From contig OZ246417.1 of assembly GCA_965231105.1 (NCBI GenBank), positions 576,908-640,907 of the forward strand: a stretch of 64,000 nt of DNA, read 5' to 3'. Both the position numbers and the translations under genes were made by a program. This document shows, piece by piece, positions 26,358 through 36,431 of this stretch (the stretch's first letter is position 1; each line of letters starts with the position of its first letter). This stretch comes from an uncultured Candidatus Saccharibacteria bacterium. GTDB lineage: Bacteria > Patescibacteriota > Saccharimonadia > Saccharimonadales > JACDBH01. Under the pieces are notes generated by a model, which saw nothing but the letters and a program-made list of their open reading frames with translations, did not search any database and was not told the DNA's origin.

Positions 26358-28139
26358 TTAATCCCGTTTTAACATTACGGTGAAGGCTTCGGCTGGGATG
26401 TCTACTTTTCCAAAGCGCTTTAGACGTTCCTTACCCTTTTTCTGCTTCGCCAGAACCTTTTTCTTCCGCGAAACATCACCACCATACAAACCGGTAGTAA
26501 CATCTTTTCGGTACGCACTAATATCTTCACGGGCGATAAAACGTCCACCGATACCGGCTTGCAACGCTACCTGAAAGTTTTGTCTTGGGATAACTTCTTT
26601 TAATTTTGCCACCGTTTCTCGTCCTAACCGTTCAGCTTCACTGCGGTGTACCATAATGCTTAAGGCATCAACACGATCTCCGGCTACATAAAAATCAAGA
26701 CGAACGAGATTCTCGGCCCGATAATCATCAAGTTCGTAGTTAAAGGAGCCATAGCCACTCGTGATACTTTTCAGCTGATCGTAAAAATCGGTCAGCAAGT
26801 TAGCGAGCGGCGCTTCAAAGGTGATAAGTGCCAACTGTGCGTCAACATAGCTCACATTCTTTTGAAAGCCCCGGCTTTGTACGATGAGCTGAATGACAGA
26901 CCCTACATAATCCTTAGGCGCAACTATCTCCCCCTTAATCCATGGCTCACGAATTTCAGCAATCTGGGCGGGATCCGGCAGGCTTGAGGCGGCCTTAATG
27001 ATCAGCTCTCCTCCGCTTAATAGCTGAACATGATAATCGGTCGAGGGATTGGTAATAATAAGTTCAAGGTTGTATTCGCGTTCTAACCTTTCCTTCACAA
27101 TATCCATGTGAAGTAAACCCAAGAAGCCAACACGAAAACCAAAACCCAAGACCGGTGAGTTTTCTGGTTCATACACTAAGGCCGAATCACTTAAAGATAG
27201 TTTTTCGATCGCATCCTTAAGGAGCGTGTAGTTTTCGTTGCTGTCCGGAAACAACCCAGCATACACAAATGGCTGGACATCACGATAGCCGGGCAGGGGT
27301 TCGGTGGCAGGCTGCTTCGCGAGTGTCACGGTGTCACCTACTTTTGCTTCACGCGTACTTTTAAGGTTCGTTACAACATATCCGATCTCGCCAGCTTTTA
27401 GTTGTGCAGCAGGGGAGAGATTAGGATTCAAACTTCCCACTTCCAGTGCAATACCTTGAGAACCAGTTGAGATCATTTGAATTGGCGCGTTCTTAGCTAT
27501 ATGTCCATCTACCACACGAACATATAAAATAACGCCGCGGTAATCATCATAATAACTATCGAAAATTAATGCCCGGGTCGCCTGTTCGGCTGAACCCTTA
27601 GGGGAGGGGACCTGATTAATCACAGCCTCCAAAACCGCTTCGACTCCCTGACCTGTTTTGGCACTTATAAGAAGAATGTCTTCCTGTTTGCACCCTAGGA
27701 GACTGATCACTTCTTTACTCACCCGCTCTACATCGGCTGCAGGTAGATCAATCTTATTTAAGACCGGAATAATGTGCAGGTCTGCAGCCATAGCAAGATA
27801 TACATTTGCCAAAGTTTGAGCCTGAATTCCCTGGCTGGCGTCAACAACTAAAATAGCCCCTTCGCAGGCTTCAAGACTTCTGGATACTTCATAGCTAAAA
27901 TCTACGTGACCAGGCGTATCAATGAGGTTAAGCTCGTAGTCTTTGTATTTCATTCGGACCGGAGCTAGTTTGATGGTAATACCGCGTTCACGCTCAAGAT
28001 CCATTTTGTCTAGAAGCTGCGCCTTCATCTCACGCTTCTCAACCGTACCGGTCAATTCCAGCAAGCGATCAGCAAGTGTAGACTTGCCATGGTCGATATG
28101 GGCGATAATACAAAAGTTTCTGATGTGATCTTGATTCAT
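26358..28139 (-). CDS. lepA: translation elongation factor 4 (LepA)
   Basis: IRNFCIIAHIDHGKSTLADRLL, DTPGHVDF, NKIDL, and the LepA-specific C-terminus ...GKVDIPAEAF. The start is set at the Met 10 nt downstream of TGTTATAAT. Confidence 0.95.
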   Translation of the reverse strand: MNQDHIRNFCIIAHIDHGKSTLADRLLELTGTVEKREMKAQLLDKMDLERERGITIKLAPVRMKYKDYELNLIDTPGHVDFSYEVSRSLEACEGAILVVDASQGIQAQTLANVYLAMAADLHIIPVLNKIDLPAADVERVSKEVISLLGCKQEDILLISAKTGQGVEAVLEAVINQVPSPKGSAEQATRALIFDSYYDDYRGVILYVRVVDGHIAKNAPIQMISTGSQGIALEVGSLNPNLSPAAQLKAGEIGYVVTNLKSTREAKVGDTVTLAKQPATEPLPGYRDVQPFVYAGLFPDSNENYTLLKDAIEKLSLSDSALVYEPENSPVLGFGFRVGFLGLLHMDIVKERLEREYNLELIITNPSTDYHVQLLSGGELIIKAASSLPDPAQIAEIREPWIKGEIVAPKDYVGSVIQLIVQSRGFQKNVSYVDAQLALITFEAPLANLLTDFYDQLKSITSGYGSFNYELDDYRAENLVRLDFYVAGDRVDALSIMVHRSEAERLGRETVAKLKEVIPRQNFQVALQAGIGGRFIAREDISAYRKDVTTGLYGGDVSRKKKVLAKQKKGKERLKRFGKVDIPAEAFTVMLKRD

Positions 28140-28149
28140 TGCTGGACAG

Positions 28150-28158
28150 ATTATAACA
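28150..28158 (-). promoter_or_regulatory. extended -10 box (TGTTATAAT) 10 nt upstream of the lepA ATG
   Basis: The minus strand reads CCTCTGTTATAATctgtccagcaATG. It lies between the murJ stop (28174) and lepA. Confidence 0.45.
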
Positions 28159-28173
28159 GAGGTAGCTACCCTG

Positions 28174-29775
28174 TTACCAATCAATCTTCACGGGCCTAAG
28201 AATAAACTTCCTTGCCTTGCGCAGTTTTGCTATTACCGGAATTGCCTCTTCAAGGCTAAAGAGCGAAGACAAACCAACGTGCACTATCATAGTAATAAGA
28301 GTAATAAAGCCAAGCTTAAGGCCTAGCGTCGTGATACCACGGTCATCGATGCTTAGCGGGAAAATCTGAACCATAATGTACGTCGCAACCACACTAAAAC
28401 CAGTTACCGATAGAATACGCCAAACTCCACCCCAGAAACGTATATCGAAGAGCTTGTGGTCGCGAATAAGCATAATACCGAACAAAATCACCACCTCACT
28501 CAGCGCTACGATTGTCTGAGCAATCGCCAGTCCTGCAACACCGTAATGTTCAGGACTGGATAATTGCCAGGCGAGGAAGATGTTTAAAGCAATTGCAAAA
28601 ATAGATACACCTAGCGGTGTCCAGGTATCTTTCTGGGCATAGAAATAGCGCGAAATAATCGCATACATAATTCGGAAGAAAATAGCGCCACATAAGAATC
28701 CGAAAATAGCAGTAATCTCAGCAGAACCGCGGGCAAAGATCAAGCGAGCCAAATAACCGCGGGCAAAGAAACCGATAACAACAACTGGTATGGCAATCCA
28801 AATCATGGCTCTGAGCACTCGTAAGAAATCTTGGCGAAAGAGATCCGGCCTACCCTGGCTGAGACGTTCAGTCATACGCGGAAATGCAGCCGTTGCAATG
28901 GTCGTACCAATCAACTGAATTGGTACAGTATGAAGGGTATAGGCATTTTCATAATAACTAATATTGGAAGTACCGAGCTTAGAGGCAAAGTTTGTCTCAA
29001 CAATACTGTTAATGGAGTCTATGCCTTGGTCGACAGAGCGGGGAGGAAGCTGACGCAAAACACGGCGGAAATCTGGATCGCCATAGTTGATCTTGCGATG
29101 GAATCTGTACTTCAGTCCACCCAAGCCGAAACAAACAACCAGAAGCTGCAGAATAGCACCGATCAGTGCTCCAATACCGAGGCCCACGATGCCCACACTA
29201 TCTCGAAAGATAAAGATACTGGCAATAATACTTAAGTTATAAAACAGCGGCGCGATTGCGTAGAAGAAGAACCGACCGAATGTTTGCTGTACGGCCGTCA
29301 GAATACCCGAGATAGTAAACAGGAATGGGTTAAAGGCAATTAACCGCATAATAATAACCGCATTATGCTTTTGTTCGGGCTCGAGGCCTGGGGCAACTAA
29401 ACTTAATAGAGGCTCGGCAAAGATAAGGATAATAACGCCGATAATACCCAAAATAATAGCCAACATATTAAGAAGGCTATTGGCTAGTTCCCATGCACCC
29501 TTTCGGTCGTGTTTTTCGAGATGATCAGCAAGGATAGGAATAAAAGCCACACCAAGCGCACCTGCGGCAATAGTATAGAAAAAGAAATCCGGGATTTTAA
29601 AGGCAGCAAAAAAAGCATCGGTGCTTTCTGCGCCGAACTGTGAAAAGTTTGCGTTCACTAACTTAACGCGCAGGAACCCGAGGATCTGTCCCACCAGTGC
29701 TGCACCAATAAGCAGGGCGGCTGCATTCCCTAAAGAAATGCGCCTGTTTGCACGTTCAAAGAACCTATTCTTCAT
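28174..29775 (-). CDS. murJ: lipid II flippase MurJ (MviN family)
   Basis: 533 aa and about 14 TM. The N-terminus LGFLRVKLVNANFS...DAFFAAFKIPDFFFYT is typical of MurJ. Confidence 0.85.
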   Translation of the reverse strand: MKNRFFERANRRISLGNAAALLIGAALVGQILGFLRVKLVNANFSQFGAESTDAFFAAFKIPDFFFYTIAAGALGVAFIPILADHLEKHDRKGAWELANSLLNMLAIILGIIGVIILIFAEPLLSLVAPGLEPEQKHNAVIIMRLIAFNPFLFTISGILTAVQQTFGRFFFYAIAPLFYNLSIIASIFIFRDSVGIVGLGIGALIGAILQLLVVCFGLGGLKYRFHRKINYGDPDFRRVLRQLPPRSVDQGIDSINSIVETNFASKLGTSNISYYENAYTLHTVPIQLIGTTIATAAFPRMTERLSQGRPDLFRQDFLRVLRAMIWIAIPVVVIGFFARGYLARLIFARGSAEITAIFGFLCGAIFFRIMYAIISRYFYAQKDTWTPLGVSIFAIALNIFLAWQLSSPEHYGVAGLAIAQTIVALSEVVILFGIMLIRDHKLFDIRFWGGVWRILSVTGFSVVATYIMVQIFPLSIDDRGITTLGLKLGFITLITMIVHVGLSSLFSLEEAIPVIAKLRKARKFILRPVKIDW

Positions 29776-29825
29776 CTAACAAATAGTATAGGCTAAAGCG
29801 CTCACAAAACCAGCCTGAGTTTGGT

Positions 29826-31694
29826 CTAATACAGAGACGCGGTCTTCGGCATTTTAGTGCCTTCAAGGATCTTCACAACATCTTCAGCTTCAACGGTTTC
29901 TTTTTCAAGAAGTGCGTCTTTCAGAGCCTCGAGTTTACTTAAGTTAGCCTTAATGACTTCGCGTGCTCGACGAGCCGCCTCAGCAATCAGACTCTCAACT
30001 TCGTCATCGATAATCTTTGCCGTTTCGTCTGAGTACTGGCGCTCATGAACCATTCGCTCAAGCATCATACCTTCTTCAACATGAAAGACTTGGTTACGGA
30101 GTTTCTTACCCATACCCTGATTTACAACCATGTCACGAGCAAGCTCAGCCGCTTTCTGCAAGTCAGAGCCAGCGCCAGTCGTTACGCGGTCATCGCCATA
30201 CTTAACCTCTTCTGCGATGCGACCACCCAGCATACGTGCTAGTACATCCTTATACTCAATAATGCTGTGATAGCTTTTATCTTCTGGTGGGATAAACCAT
30301 GTCACACCGCCTGTACCGCCACGAGGAATGATAGTGACTTTGTGCACCATATCGCTATCAGGTAATACATGGCCCACAATGGCATGACCCGCTTCATGGT
30401 ATGCAGTCATTTCTTTTTCTTTTTCGCTCATAATCTTGCTCTTGCGTTCAGGACCAATGGCGACTTTTTCAAACGCAGCAGTGACATCGTTTTGTGTAAT
30501 CTCATGACGGTTGTCACGTGCAGCTAAGATAGCCGCTTCATTCGCAATGTTTGAAAGATCTGCACCGCTACTGCCGGCCGACTTAGCAGCCAAAGCATCA
30601 AGGTCTACATTTTTAGCGAGCGGCTTCTTAGTAAAGTGAATCTTAAGGATAGCTTCACGATCCTTACGGTCTGGCAATCCAATGTTGACGCGTCGGTCAA
30701 AACGGCCAGGTCGAAGCAGGGCAGGGTCGAGGACATCGGCTCGGTTCGTTGCGGCTAAGACAATGACATTCGTACCTTGCTCAAAACCATCCATTTCAAC
30801 CAAGATCTGGTTAAGCGTTTGTTCGCGTTCATCATGACCACCACCCATACCTGATCCACGACGGCGTCCCACGGCATCAATTTCGTCTACAAAGATAATG
30901 CATGGTGCGTTCTTTTTTGCTTTTGCAAACAAATCACGAACACGAGATGCCCCAACACCCACGAACATTTCGACAAATTCAGAACCAGAGATACTAAAGA
31001 ACGGTGCGCCAGCCTCTCCGGCTACAGCACGAGCTAACATAGTCTTACCAGTACCGGGAGGCCCTACCAGCAAAACACCCTTCGGTATCTTGGCCCCTAC
31101 CGACTCAAACTTTTTAGGAAACTTCAAAAATTCTACAACTTCTTGTAAGTCCTGTTTTGCTTCATCGCTTCCCGCGATATCTTTAAACGTTACCTTATCT
31201 TTTTCATTGCCATATAGACGAGCCCGGCTTTTGCCGAAGCTCATAGCCTGATTCCCCTGCCCCTGTGCACTCCGTAGCATAATAAACAACACTACACTGA
31301 TAAGAATGACTGGTAAGAGGGAGATCCCGAGGTTTGCCCAGAGACTGCCGCTATCCGATTCTGGCTTATATTCGATCGTTACTTTGCTCTGATCTACTCC
31401 GTTGTCCGTCACTAAGCTATCATTCGTGTCTTTTTGGCTGGTGAGTGATGGCTTATCTTTGCCTTTTTCAGTGATTTCAAGTTTTGAACCTTGAACGGTA
31501 ATCTTCTCGTAATTGCCCGCGTTTGCTTGCTGCACTACTTCTGAAAGCGGTACGCTTTTTAGTTGACTTGGCTGGTTATAGCCAGCATATAGCACGACGC
31601 CGATAAGGATAAGGATTGCTATAAAACCAAAGTTCTTGAATCCCTTACGACGATCTCCACCCTTCTTGTTTGAACGGAACGGTTTTTTCTCCAT
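29826..31694 (-). CDS. ftsH: ATP-dependent zinc metalloprotease FtsH
   Basis: Walker A GPPGTGKT, Walker [12 protein letters not shown] region, and HEAGH zinc motif. Confidence 0.95.
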   Translation of the reverse strand: MEKKPFRSNKKGGDRRKGFKNFGFIAILILIGVVLYAGYNQPSQLKSVPLSEVVQQANAGNYEKITVQGSKLEITEKGKDKPSLTSQKDTNDSLVTDNGVDQSKVTIEYKPESDSGSLWANLGISLLPVILISVVLFIMLRSAQGQGNQAMSFGKSRARLYGNEKDKVTFKDIAGSDEAKQDLQEVVEFLKFPKKFESVGAKIPKGVLLVGPPGTGKTMLARAVAGEAGAPFFSISGSEFVEMFVGVGASRVRDLFAKAKKNAPCIIFVDEIDAVGRRRGSGMGGGHDEREQTLNQILVEMDGFEQGTNVIVLAATNRADVLDPALLRPGRFDRRVNIGLPDRKDREAILKIHFTKKPLAKNVDLDALAAKSAGSSGADLSNIANEAAILAARDNRHEITQNDVTAAFEKVAIGPERKSKIMSEKEKEMTAYHEAGHAIVGHVLPDSDMVHKVTIIPRGGTGGVTWFIPPEDKSYHSIIEYKDVLARMLGGRIAEEVKYGDDRVTTGAGSDLQKAAELARDMVVNQGMGKKLRNQVFHVEEGMMLERMVHERQYSDETAKIIDDEVESLIAEAARRAREVIKANLSKLEALKDALLEKETVEAEDVVKILEGTKMPKTASLY

Positions 31695-31702
31695 AACATT
31701 CT

Positions 31703-31710
31703 ATTATACA
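31703..31710 (-). promoter_or_regulatory. extended -10 box (TGTATAAT) 8 nt upstream of the ftsH ATG
   Basis: The minus strand reads CCAATCTGTATAATagaatgttATG. Confidence 0.45.
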
Positions 31711-31734
31711 GATTGGGCCGAAGCTCGTATAGAT

Positions 31735-32640
31735 TTATGCACTTACAATACGGGCATGTTTCTTATCCAGCGAAACCCGATGTTCAGGACCAACGACAAA
31801 AGTAGAGTGTGGACGAGCGGTTTTAATAGCCATAGTAAGTCGCTCAAGCTGCATACGATTAAACTGCCTTTTACCGTTTTGACGGAGCCAGTGCGCCACC
31901 ATTTCTCGCGCTACATTGTGTGGCAACATTACAATATCCACCCTACGAAGGGTTTGAGTGTCAGGCTGAGTGTGCAAAAACGTATTAAGTTGTGTATCAA
32001 TAGCATGATTAAGATCGTGCTGTCTTTTGATAAGTTGCTTTAATCGATCATGAGCCTCAGGTGATGCCGCTTTTAGCCGAGGCACGACAACGTGTCGTAA
32101 ATAGTTACGTCTGTACGCGAGATCGGTATTTGTGCTGTCTTCGCGCCAAGTTAAATTATTATGCCCCGCATACTCTCGTAATTTCTCTTTCGGTACGTGA
32201 AGAAGTGGACGTAATATGCCATCAACCGACTTCAATGATGTCATGCCTTTTCGGCCGGTCCCACGTAAAACATTGTGTACTGCCGTTTCTACAGCATCAT
32301 CCTGGTGGTGTGCCGTAATAATGGCTTGGGCTGCAGTCTGTTTCCTTACCGCATCCAAAAATGCATATCGTGCTTCTCGAGCTTTATTTTCACTCGCACT
32401 CTCCCCAAGTTTCCCTTCTGCATACACAAAAGGAAGGCCATACTGTCGCGCTAGTTTCTCAACAAGCAGCCTGTCCTGACGCGAATCTGGGCGAATACCA
32501 TGATCAAAATGAGCCACGGTTAATTGCACATGCGGCAACTGGGCAAGCATATGAAGAAGCGCTACAGAATCAACCCCTCCACTGACCGCTACCACGTAAC
32601 GGCCTGAAGGAATCCGCATAGTCTTTACAATGTCTAACAT
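31735..32640 (-). CDS. tilS: tRNA(Ile)-lysidine synthase TilS
   Basis: PP-loop VAVSGGVDS, HFDHG.R, and ITAHHQDD. TGATAAGAT lies 6 nt upstream of the ATG. Confidence 0.85.
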   Translation of the reverse strand: MLDIVKTMRIPSGRYVVAVSGGVDSVALLHMLAQLPHVQLTVAHFDHGIRPDSRQDRLLVEKLARQYGLPFVYAEGKLGESASENKAREARYAFLDAVRKQTAAQAIITAHHQDDAVETAVHNVLRGTGRKGMTSLKSVDGILRPLLHVPKEKLREYAGHNNLTWREDSTNTDLAYRRNYLRHVVVPRLKAASPEAHDRLKQLIKRQHDLNHAIDTQLNTFLHTQPDTQTLRRVDIVMLPHNVAREMVAHWLRQNGKRQFNRMQLERLTMAIKTARPHSTFVVGPEHRVSLDKKHARIVSA

Positions 32641-32686
32641 TCTTTAATCTTATCAGCATAAGCAAGTTGATGGAGCAAATCTGTTC

Positions 32687-33094
32687 TTAGGATGCATTTT
32701 CAGGCGCCAGTAAATCGGCCACTGCTATCTCGCTACCTATAATAGGCGTCCAGTGTAGAAGCCTTCTCCGTTCAACATGAAGGCTACCACGACTGAAAGA
32801 ATCTAAATGCTGTTCTCTGACTTCGGTGTCAAAGTGAGGATCACTAAGTATATTTTCTGCAACTTGATGGGCTATCTCACGTTCGACGCCCCTATATCCA
32901 TCTCTCGCCAGCTTCTGGCTATCTGGTCTGACTGCCAAAACTTTTTTAATAATTTGCTCGGCTTCCTCGACTCCACTGATCTCAACGATTCCTGCACGGA
33001 TTAACATGTTGTCATAAAAACCGGGTGGATTGTCTGCAATAGCATAAAGCGTATCGATAAATCGTCGCTCATAGACAATTTGAACCGCACTCAT
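32687..33094 (-). CDS. hypothetical protein
   Basis: 135-aa ORF with no recognised motif. Confidence 0.45.
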   Translation of the reverse strand: MSAVQIVYERRFIDTLYAIADNPPGFYDNMLIRAGIVEISGVEEAEQIIKKVLAVRPDSQKLARDGYRGVEREIAHQVAENILSDPHFDTEVREQHLDSFSRGSLHVERRRLLHWTPIIGSEIAVADLLAPENAS

Positions 33095-33210
33095 ACCATC
33101 GTTTATACACCTATTATAATGAGTTGCAAGCGTACAGTTTCTAAATACTCTGTAAGAAAAATTACATAAAATTTGAATTACAACTCTAGGTGAGGTTTCT
33201 TAGCTACATA

Positions 33211-33238
33211 AATAAAAAGACGACCTAAAAGTCGTCTT
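33211..33238 (-). terminator. rho-independent terminator after tRNA-Met
   Basis: The minus strand reads AAGACGAC-ttttag-GTCGTCTT followed by TTTTTATTT. Confidence 0.55.
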
Positions 33239-33251
33239 AATAAACTCTTAT

Positions 33252-33328
33252 TGGTAGCGGCGACAAGATTTGAACTTGTGACCCCAGGCTTATGAGTCCT
33301 GTGCTCTAACCAACTGAGCTACGCCGCC
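33252..33328 (-). tRNA. tRNA-Met (CAT), elongator-like, CCA encoded
   Basis: GGCGGCG-TA-GCTC-AGTTGGTTA-GAGC-A-CAGGA-CTCATAA-GCCTG-GGGTC-ACAAG-TTCAAAT-CTTGT-CGCCGCT-A-CCA. The body resembles the E. coli elongator tRNA-Met as I recall it. Confidence 0.85.
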
Positions 33329-33510
33329 TTAAAGTGATTACGGATGATGATTGTAGCACGATTTATCTCTGTTAGCCAGAACTAGGAGTTTTCAATTTGC
33401 CTTTTGTAAGCAATCTGCTTTAATACCCCTATCATTATATGGGTGCTGTTTTTATAACTAATTAAGATTAGATCAGTATAGTAATGCAGTACTAATAAAT
33501 AGGAGAACAT

Positions 33511-34155
33511 ATGAGTAAAGGTAAAACAGAGCGCACATCAGGGCTCGCAATAGCGGGTTTGATCATAGCGATATTTTCACTCGTTACATCTTGGGTGCCG
33601 ATCCTGAATAATGTCGTATTCTTTTTCGCCATCATTTCATTGATCTTAGGTATCATCGGCTACCGTTCGATCAAAAAGGGTAAGAGAGTCGGTCAGGGAC
33701 TCGCTATAGCCACGATAATAATCTCCCTCGTAGCCGGTGGATTGGTCCTTGCGACACAGGCATTTTACGGTGAGGTTGTCGATGATGTAAGCGATTCAGT
33801 TCAAGAATCGTTGAATGATTTTGATGGTACCAATACCGAGAAGCTGCTTGCGAACAATGTAGACGTGACGCTTGGTTCATTCGTTTTTAATCCTGGCACA
33901 GAAGCAGAGTACAGCTATGACGACACCACGGAGTTACCTGTAACAATCAAGAATAAGGCGTCTGAACGGTCTAGCTATACAGTAAAGATCGAAGCGGTGG
34001 ACGCAAACGGTGTCCGTATCGCTGAGGATACCGTTTATGTATCAGACTTAAATACTGGTCAAAGCATCGCAGAAAAAGCATTTCAATATGTTGAATCGAG
34101 CAAGGTAGAAGCATTAAAGACCGCCACCTTTAAGATCTTAGAGGTTTCGAAGTAG
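33511..34155 (+). CDS. DUF4190-like membrane protein with an extracytoplasmic C-terminal domain
   Basis: GLAIAGLIIAIFSLV...ILGIIGYRSIKKGK..GQGLAIATIIISL is the typical DUF4190 double-TM. SD is AGGAGaacatATG. Confidence 0.6.
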   Translation: MSKGKTERTSGLAIAGLIIAIFSLVTSWVPILNNVVFFFAIISLILGIIGYRSIKKGKRVGQGLAIATIIISLVAGGLVLATQAFYGEVVDDVSDSVQESLNDFDGTNTEKLLANNVDVTLGSFVFNPGTEAEYSYDDTTELPVTIKNKASERSSYTVKIEAVDANGVRIAEDTVYVSDLNTGQSIAEKAFQYVESSKVEALKTATFKILEVSK

Positions 34156-34205
34156 GAATATCTTAGGGTATTTCCCTGCGAAGAAAGCCCTCCTCACAAA
34201 ATAAT

Positions 34206-34240
34206 AAGAACTCCTGGCCTTGGAGTTCTTATTTATTATT
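34206..34240 (+). terminator. rho-independent terminator
   Basis: AAGAACTCC-tggcctt-GGAGTTCTT followed by ATTTATTATT. Confidence 0.6.
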
Positions 34241-34541
34241 TCGTTCTTTATAACTTCGCGATGTCTCGGTCTACGGACAAGATACTTTTATCTGAAGTTG
34301 GCAAGAATTCGTATGCAAGTGCTTTGAGTAATGACATTTTCTTTTTTCGTTTCCTAAAGTTTAGTTTTTTGTTTGTCATATTTGTTTTCCTTTATGACAA
34401 GAACTATTATAGCTTATGCTTGTTTTTTTGTCAAGCATTTTATATAAAAATATGTTCTGATATTGCTTTTACCCGTAGTGTGTGTTTTACTTAAGGCGCA
34501 GGTACTTATCTGTTAAGCCATACGAATTCAAAGACAGTTCA

Positions 34542-34615
34542 CCTTGATTGTGTAACAGTTCGAGAACGGTAAGCAAGTACGGAAAAGTGGTCGACCTGAA
34601 AGTTAACAATCAAGG
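34542..34615 (+). promoter_or_regulatory. long-range stem in the 5' leader that pairs with the SD of the RRM gene
   Basis: CCTTGATTGT (34542-34551) plus TAAC pairs with GTTA plus ACAATCAAGG (34602-34615). The 3' arm contains the AAGGA that sits 10 nt before the ATG at 34625. Confidence 0.4.
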
Positions 34616-34624
34616 AAACAATAC

Positions 34625-34918
34625 ATGTACAAGCTATTTGTAGGTGGCCTTCCCTTCGCTACGACTGATGACGAGCTGAAGGAAGTGTTCGCCGCTCACG
34701 GTACTGTTGCTTCAGCTGTTGTGGTCAAAGACCGCGACACTGGCCGCAGCAAGGGCTTTGGCTTCGTCGAGTTTGAAAACGACGACGAAGGTAAGGCTGC
34801 TGAGAGCGCCCTCAATGGTTCTGATCTTGGTGGCCGTTCTATTACGGTTAACCAGGCTCGTCCAAAAGAGGACCGACCTCGCCGTGATTTTGGTGGTGAC
34901 AACCGCCGCAGCTGGTAA
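34625..34918 (+). CDS. RRM-type RNA-binding protein (glycine/arginine-rich tail)
   Basis: RNP-2 LFVGGL, RNP-1 KGFGFVEF, and an RRDFGGDNRRSW tail. Confidence 0.9.
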   Translation: MYKLFVGGLPFATTDDELKEVFAAHGTVASAVVVKDRDTGRSKGFGFVEFENDDEGKAAESALNGSDLGGRSITVNQARPKEDRPRRDFGGDNRRSW

Positions 34919-34934
34919 TTTATTTACCAGTAAC

Positions 34935-34963
34935 AAAACTCCCTTCTTTATGAAGGGAGTTTT
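34935..34963. terminator. bidirectional hairpin terminator between convergent genes
   Basis: AAAACTCCCTT-ctttatg-AAGGGAGTTTT, with an A-run on one side and a T-run on the other. Confidence 0.6.
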
Positions 34964-35343
34964 TATTTGAGCTCATACCAGAGCATAGCTCCCGTTTTAT
35001 CTTCTGGGTTATCTGCATGTGGTGCGTACGATCCGACCTGCCGAATCTTTACTGCTTCTTCGCCAAAAACTGACGTCATCATATCAAGACTCTCTCGTGA
35101 AACAATCGCTGCATAGATAAGTTGAGCACCAACTTCTTCAGCAAGACTTACCGAGCGACGTAAAAGCAGTTTTCCTATGCCTTGCCTCCGAAAATCCTCT
35201 TCTACATCTATGTTTGCTATACAAAACCATCGTGGAGTCTGATCATATGATGCCTGGAGAAGTCCGTGCGGATACGTAAGATCGTACATAGAATAATTAT
35301 TACGGATATATACCCTTGCGACAGAAACTTCAGATGTTTCCAC
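34963..35343 (-). CDS. GNAT-family N-acetyltransferase
   Basis: The acetyl-CoA motif RRQGIGKLLLRRSVSLAEEVGA. Confidence 0.75.
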   Translation of the reverse strand: METSEVSVARVYIRNNYSMYDLTYPHGLLQASYDQTPRWFCIANIDVEEDFRRQGIGKLLLRRSVSLAEEVGAQLIYAAIVSRESLDMMTSVFGEEAVKIRQVGSYAPHADNPEDKTGAMLWYELK

Positions 35344-35346
35344 GGC

Positions 35347-36000
35347 CTACAATTTGCCTTCCCACTCCGCATAAAACTCTTCTAAATATCCCTCCATATA
35401 TACGTGGCGATGCTGGGCCATTTTCTTACCTGTTGCGGTATACATGCGATCTTTGAGAAGAAGTAGCTTCTCATAAAAGTGATTAACACCTGAGCCTTTA
35501 TCGTTTTTGTAGCTTTCAAAATCCTTATGATCTTTTGGCTTGTTGTCTGGGTCATAAATTGCCCGATCATGAGCACCGCCATAGGCAAAGGTACGAGCTA
35601 TACCAAGTGCACCCATTGCATCGAGCTTATCGGCATCATGAATAATCTTACCTTCGAGCGTACTCATATTTGAGGCAACGCCCGCACCCTTAAATGAGAC
35701 CTTACGAATAATATCTTCAATCTGCAGAATAACTGCTTCATCAACATTCAAGCTTTCAAGCCATTCGCGAGCAGCCTTTGGACCTGCCTCCATATCACCA
35801 TCATGGAACTTCCAGTCTGCGATGTCATGAAGAAGCGCACCCAGTTCAACAACTAGGGCATTTGCCTTTTCTGTTTTATTAATATGTCTCGCAAGCTGCC
35901 AGACACGATACATATGCCACCAATCATGGCCAGTACCTTCACTGCTAAATTTTTCCTTAATGAAATCAGCAGTCTTTCGAATAAGTTCTTTATCTGTCAT
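35347..36000 (-). CDS. HD-domain phosphohydrolase
   Basis: GHDWWHMYRV...LLHDIADWK...HDADKLDAMGA. Confidence 0.85.
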   Translation of the reverse strand: MTDKELIRKTADFIKEKFSSEGTGHDWWHMYRVWQLARHINKTEKANALVVELGALLHDIADWKFHDGDMEAGPKAAREWLESLNVDEAVILQIEDIIRKVSFKGAGVASNMSTLEGKIIHDADKLDAMGALGIARTFAYGGAHDRAIYDPDNKPKDHKDFESYKNDKGSGVNHFYEKLLLLKDRMYTATGKKMAQHRHVYMEGYLEEFYAEWEGKL

Positions 36001-36006
36001 GGCAGT

Positions 36007-36015
36007 AGTATAACA
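36007..36015 (-). promoter_or_regulatory. extended -10 box (TGTTATACT) 6 nt upstream of the ATG at 36000
   Basis: The minus strand reads TTAATCTGTTATACTactgccATG. Confidence 0.45.
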
Positions 36016-36017
36016 GA

Positions 36018-36383
36018 TTAAGCGTCACGCTCGGGTTCAGGGCCAATATATGGCTTCCCAACTGGTAAATAGACACTCACAATGACCGCAATTGATCCCG
36101 CTAACAAAAGGAGGATACTAAGTGCCCGAGCCTTAAAAAACGCAATAATACCTACTGCTATGAGTCCAAAGCCAATAAATATCAGTCGTTTAACCTGCAT
36201 ATTGTTAGTCTCTCGCAAAGCACGTCGCTTGGAATGACGCTCGCGAATGGGTCCATCTGAGTAAGCGCCCACCAGCACATCTACTACCGTTTCGCCGAGC
36301 TGTCCTGCTACTTCCTGACGAGATGCAAAATCTTTCTGTCCCCAACCTGGTTTGTGTTGCGGATATTGTTTCTGAGTGTCCAT
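36018..36383 (-). CDS. two-TM hypothetical protein (paralog A)
   Basis: Shares EVAGQLGETVVD and a C-terminal ...LIF.G..GII.FF....S.LLLLAG...VYLP.G block with the next gene. Confidence 0.55.
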   Translation of the reverse strand: MDTQKQYPQHKPGWGQKDFASRQEVAGQLGETVVDVLVGAYSDGPIRERHSKRRALRETNNMQVKRLIFIGFGLIAVGIIAFFKARALSILLLLAGSIAVIVSVYLPVGKPYIGPEPERDA

Positions 36384-36431
36384 ATCTTAGCCACATATTA
36401 TATGCAATCTCTCGAGAGACATAAAGGCCTG

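Noticed and set aside
34261-34494. A 77-aa ORF in the AT-rich region upstream of the RRM gene.
   Set aside because: Its composition (runs of F/L/K/Y from T-rich DNA), the lack of an SD, and its position right after a terminator fit a non-coding leader better than a gene.
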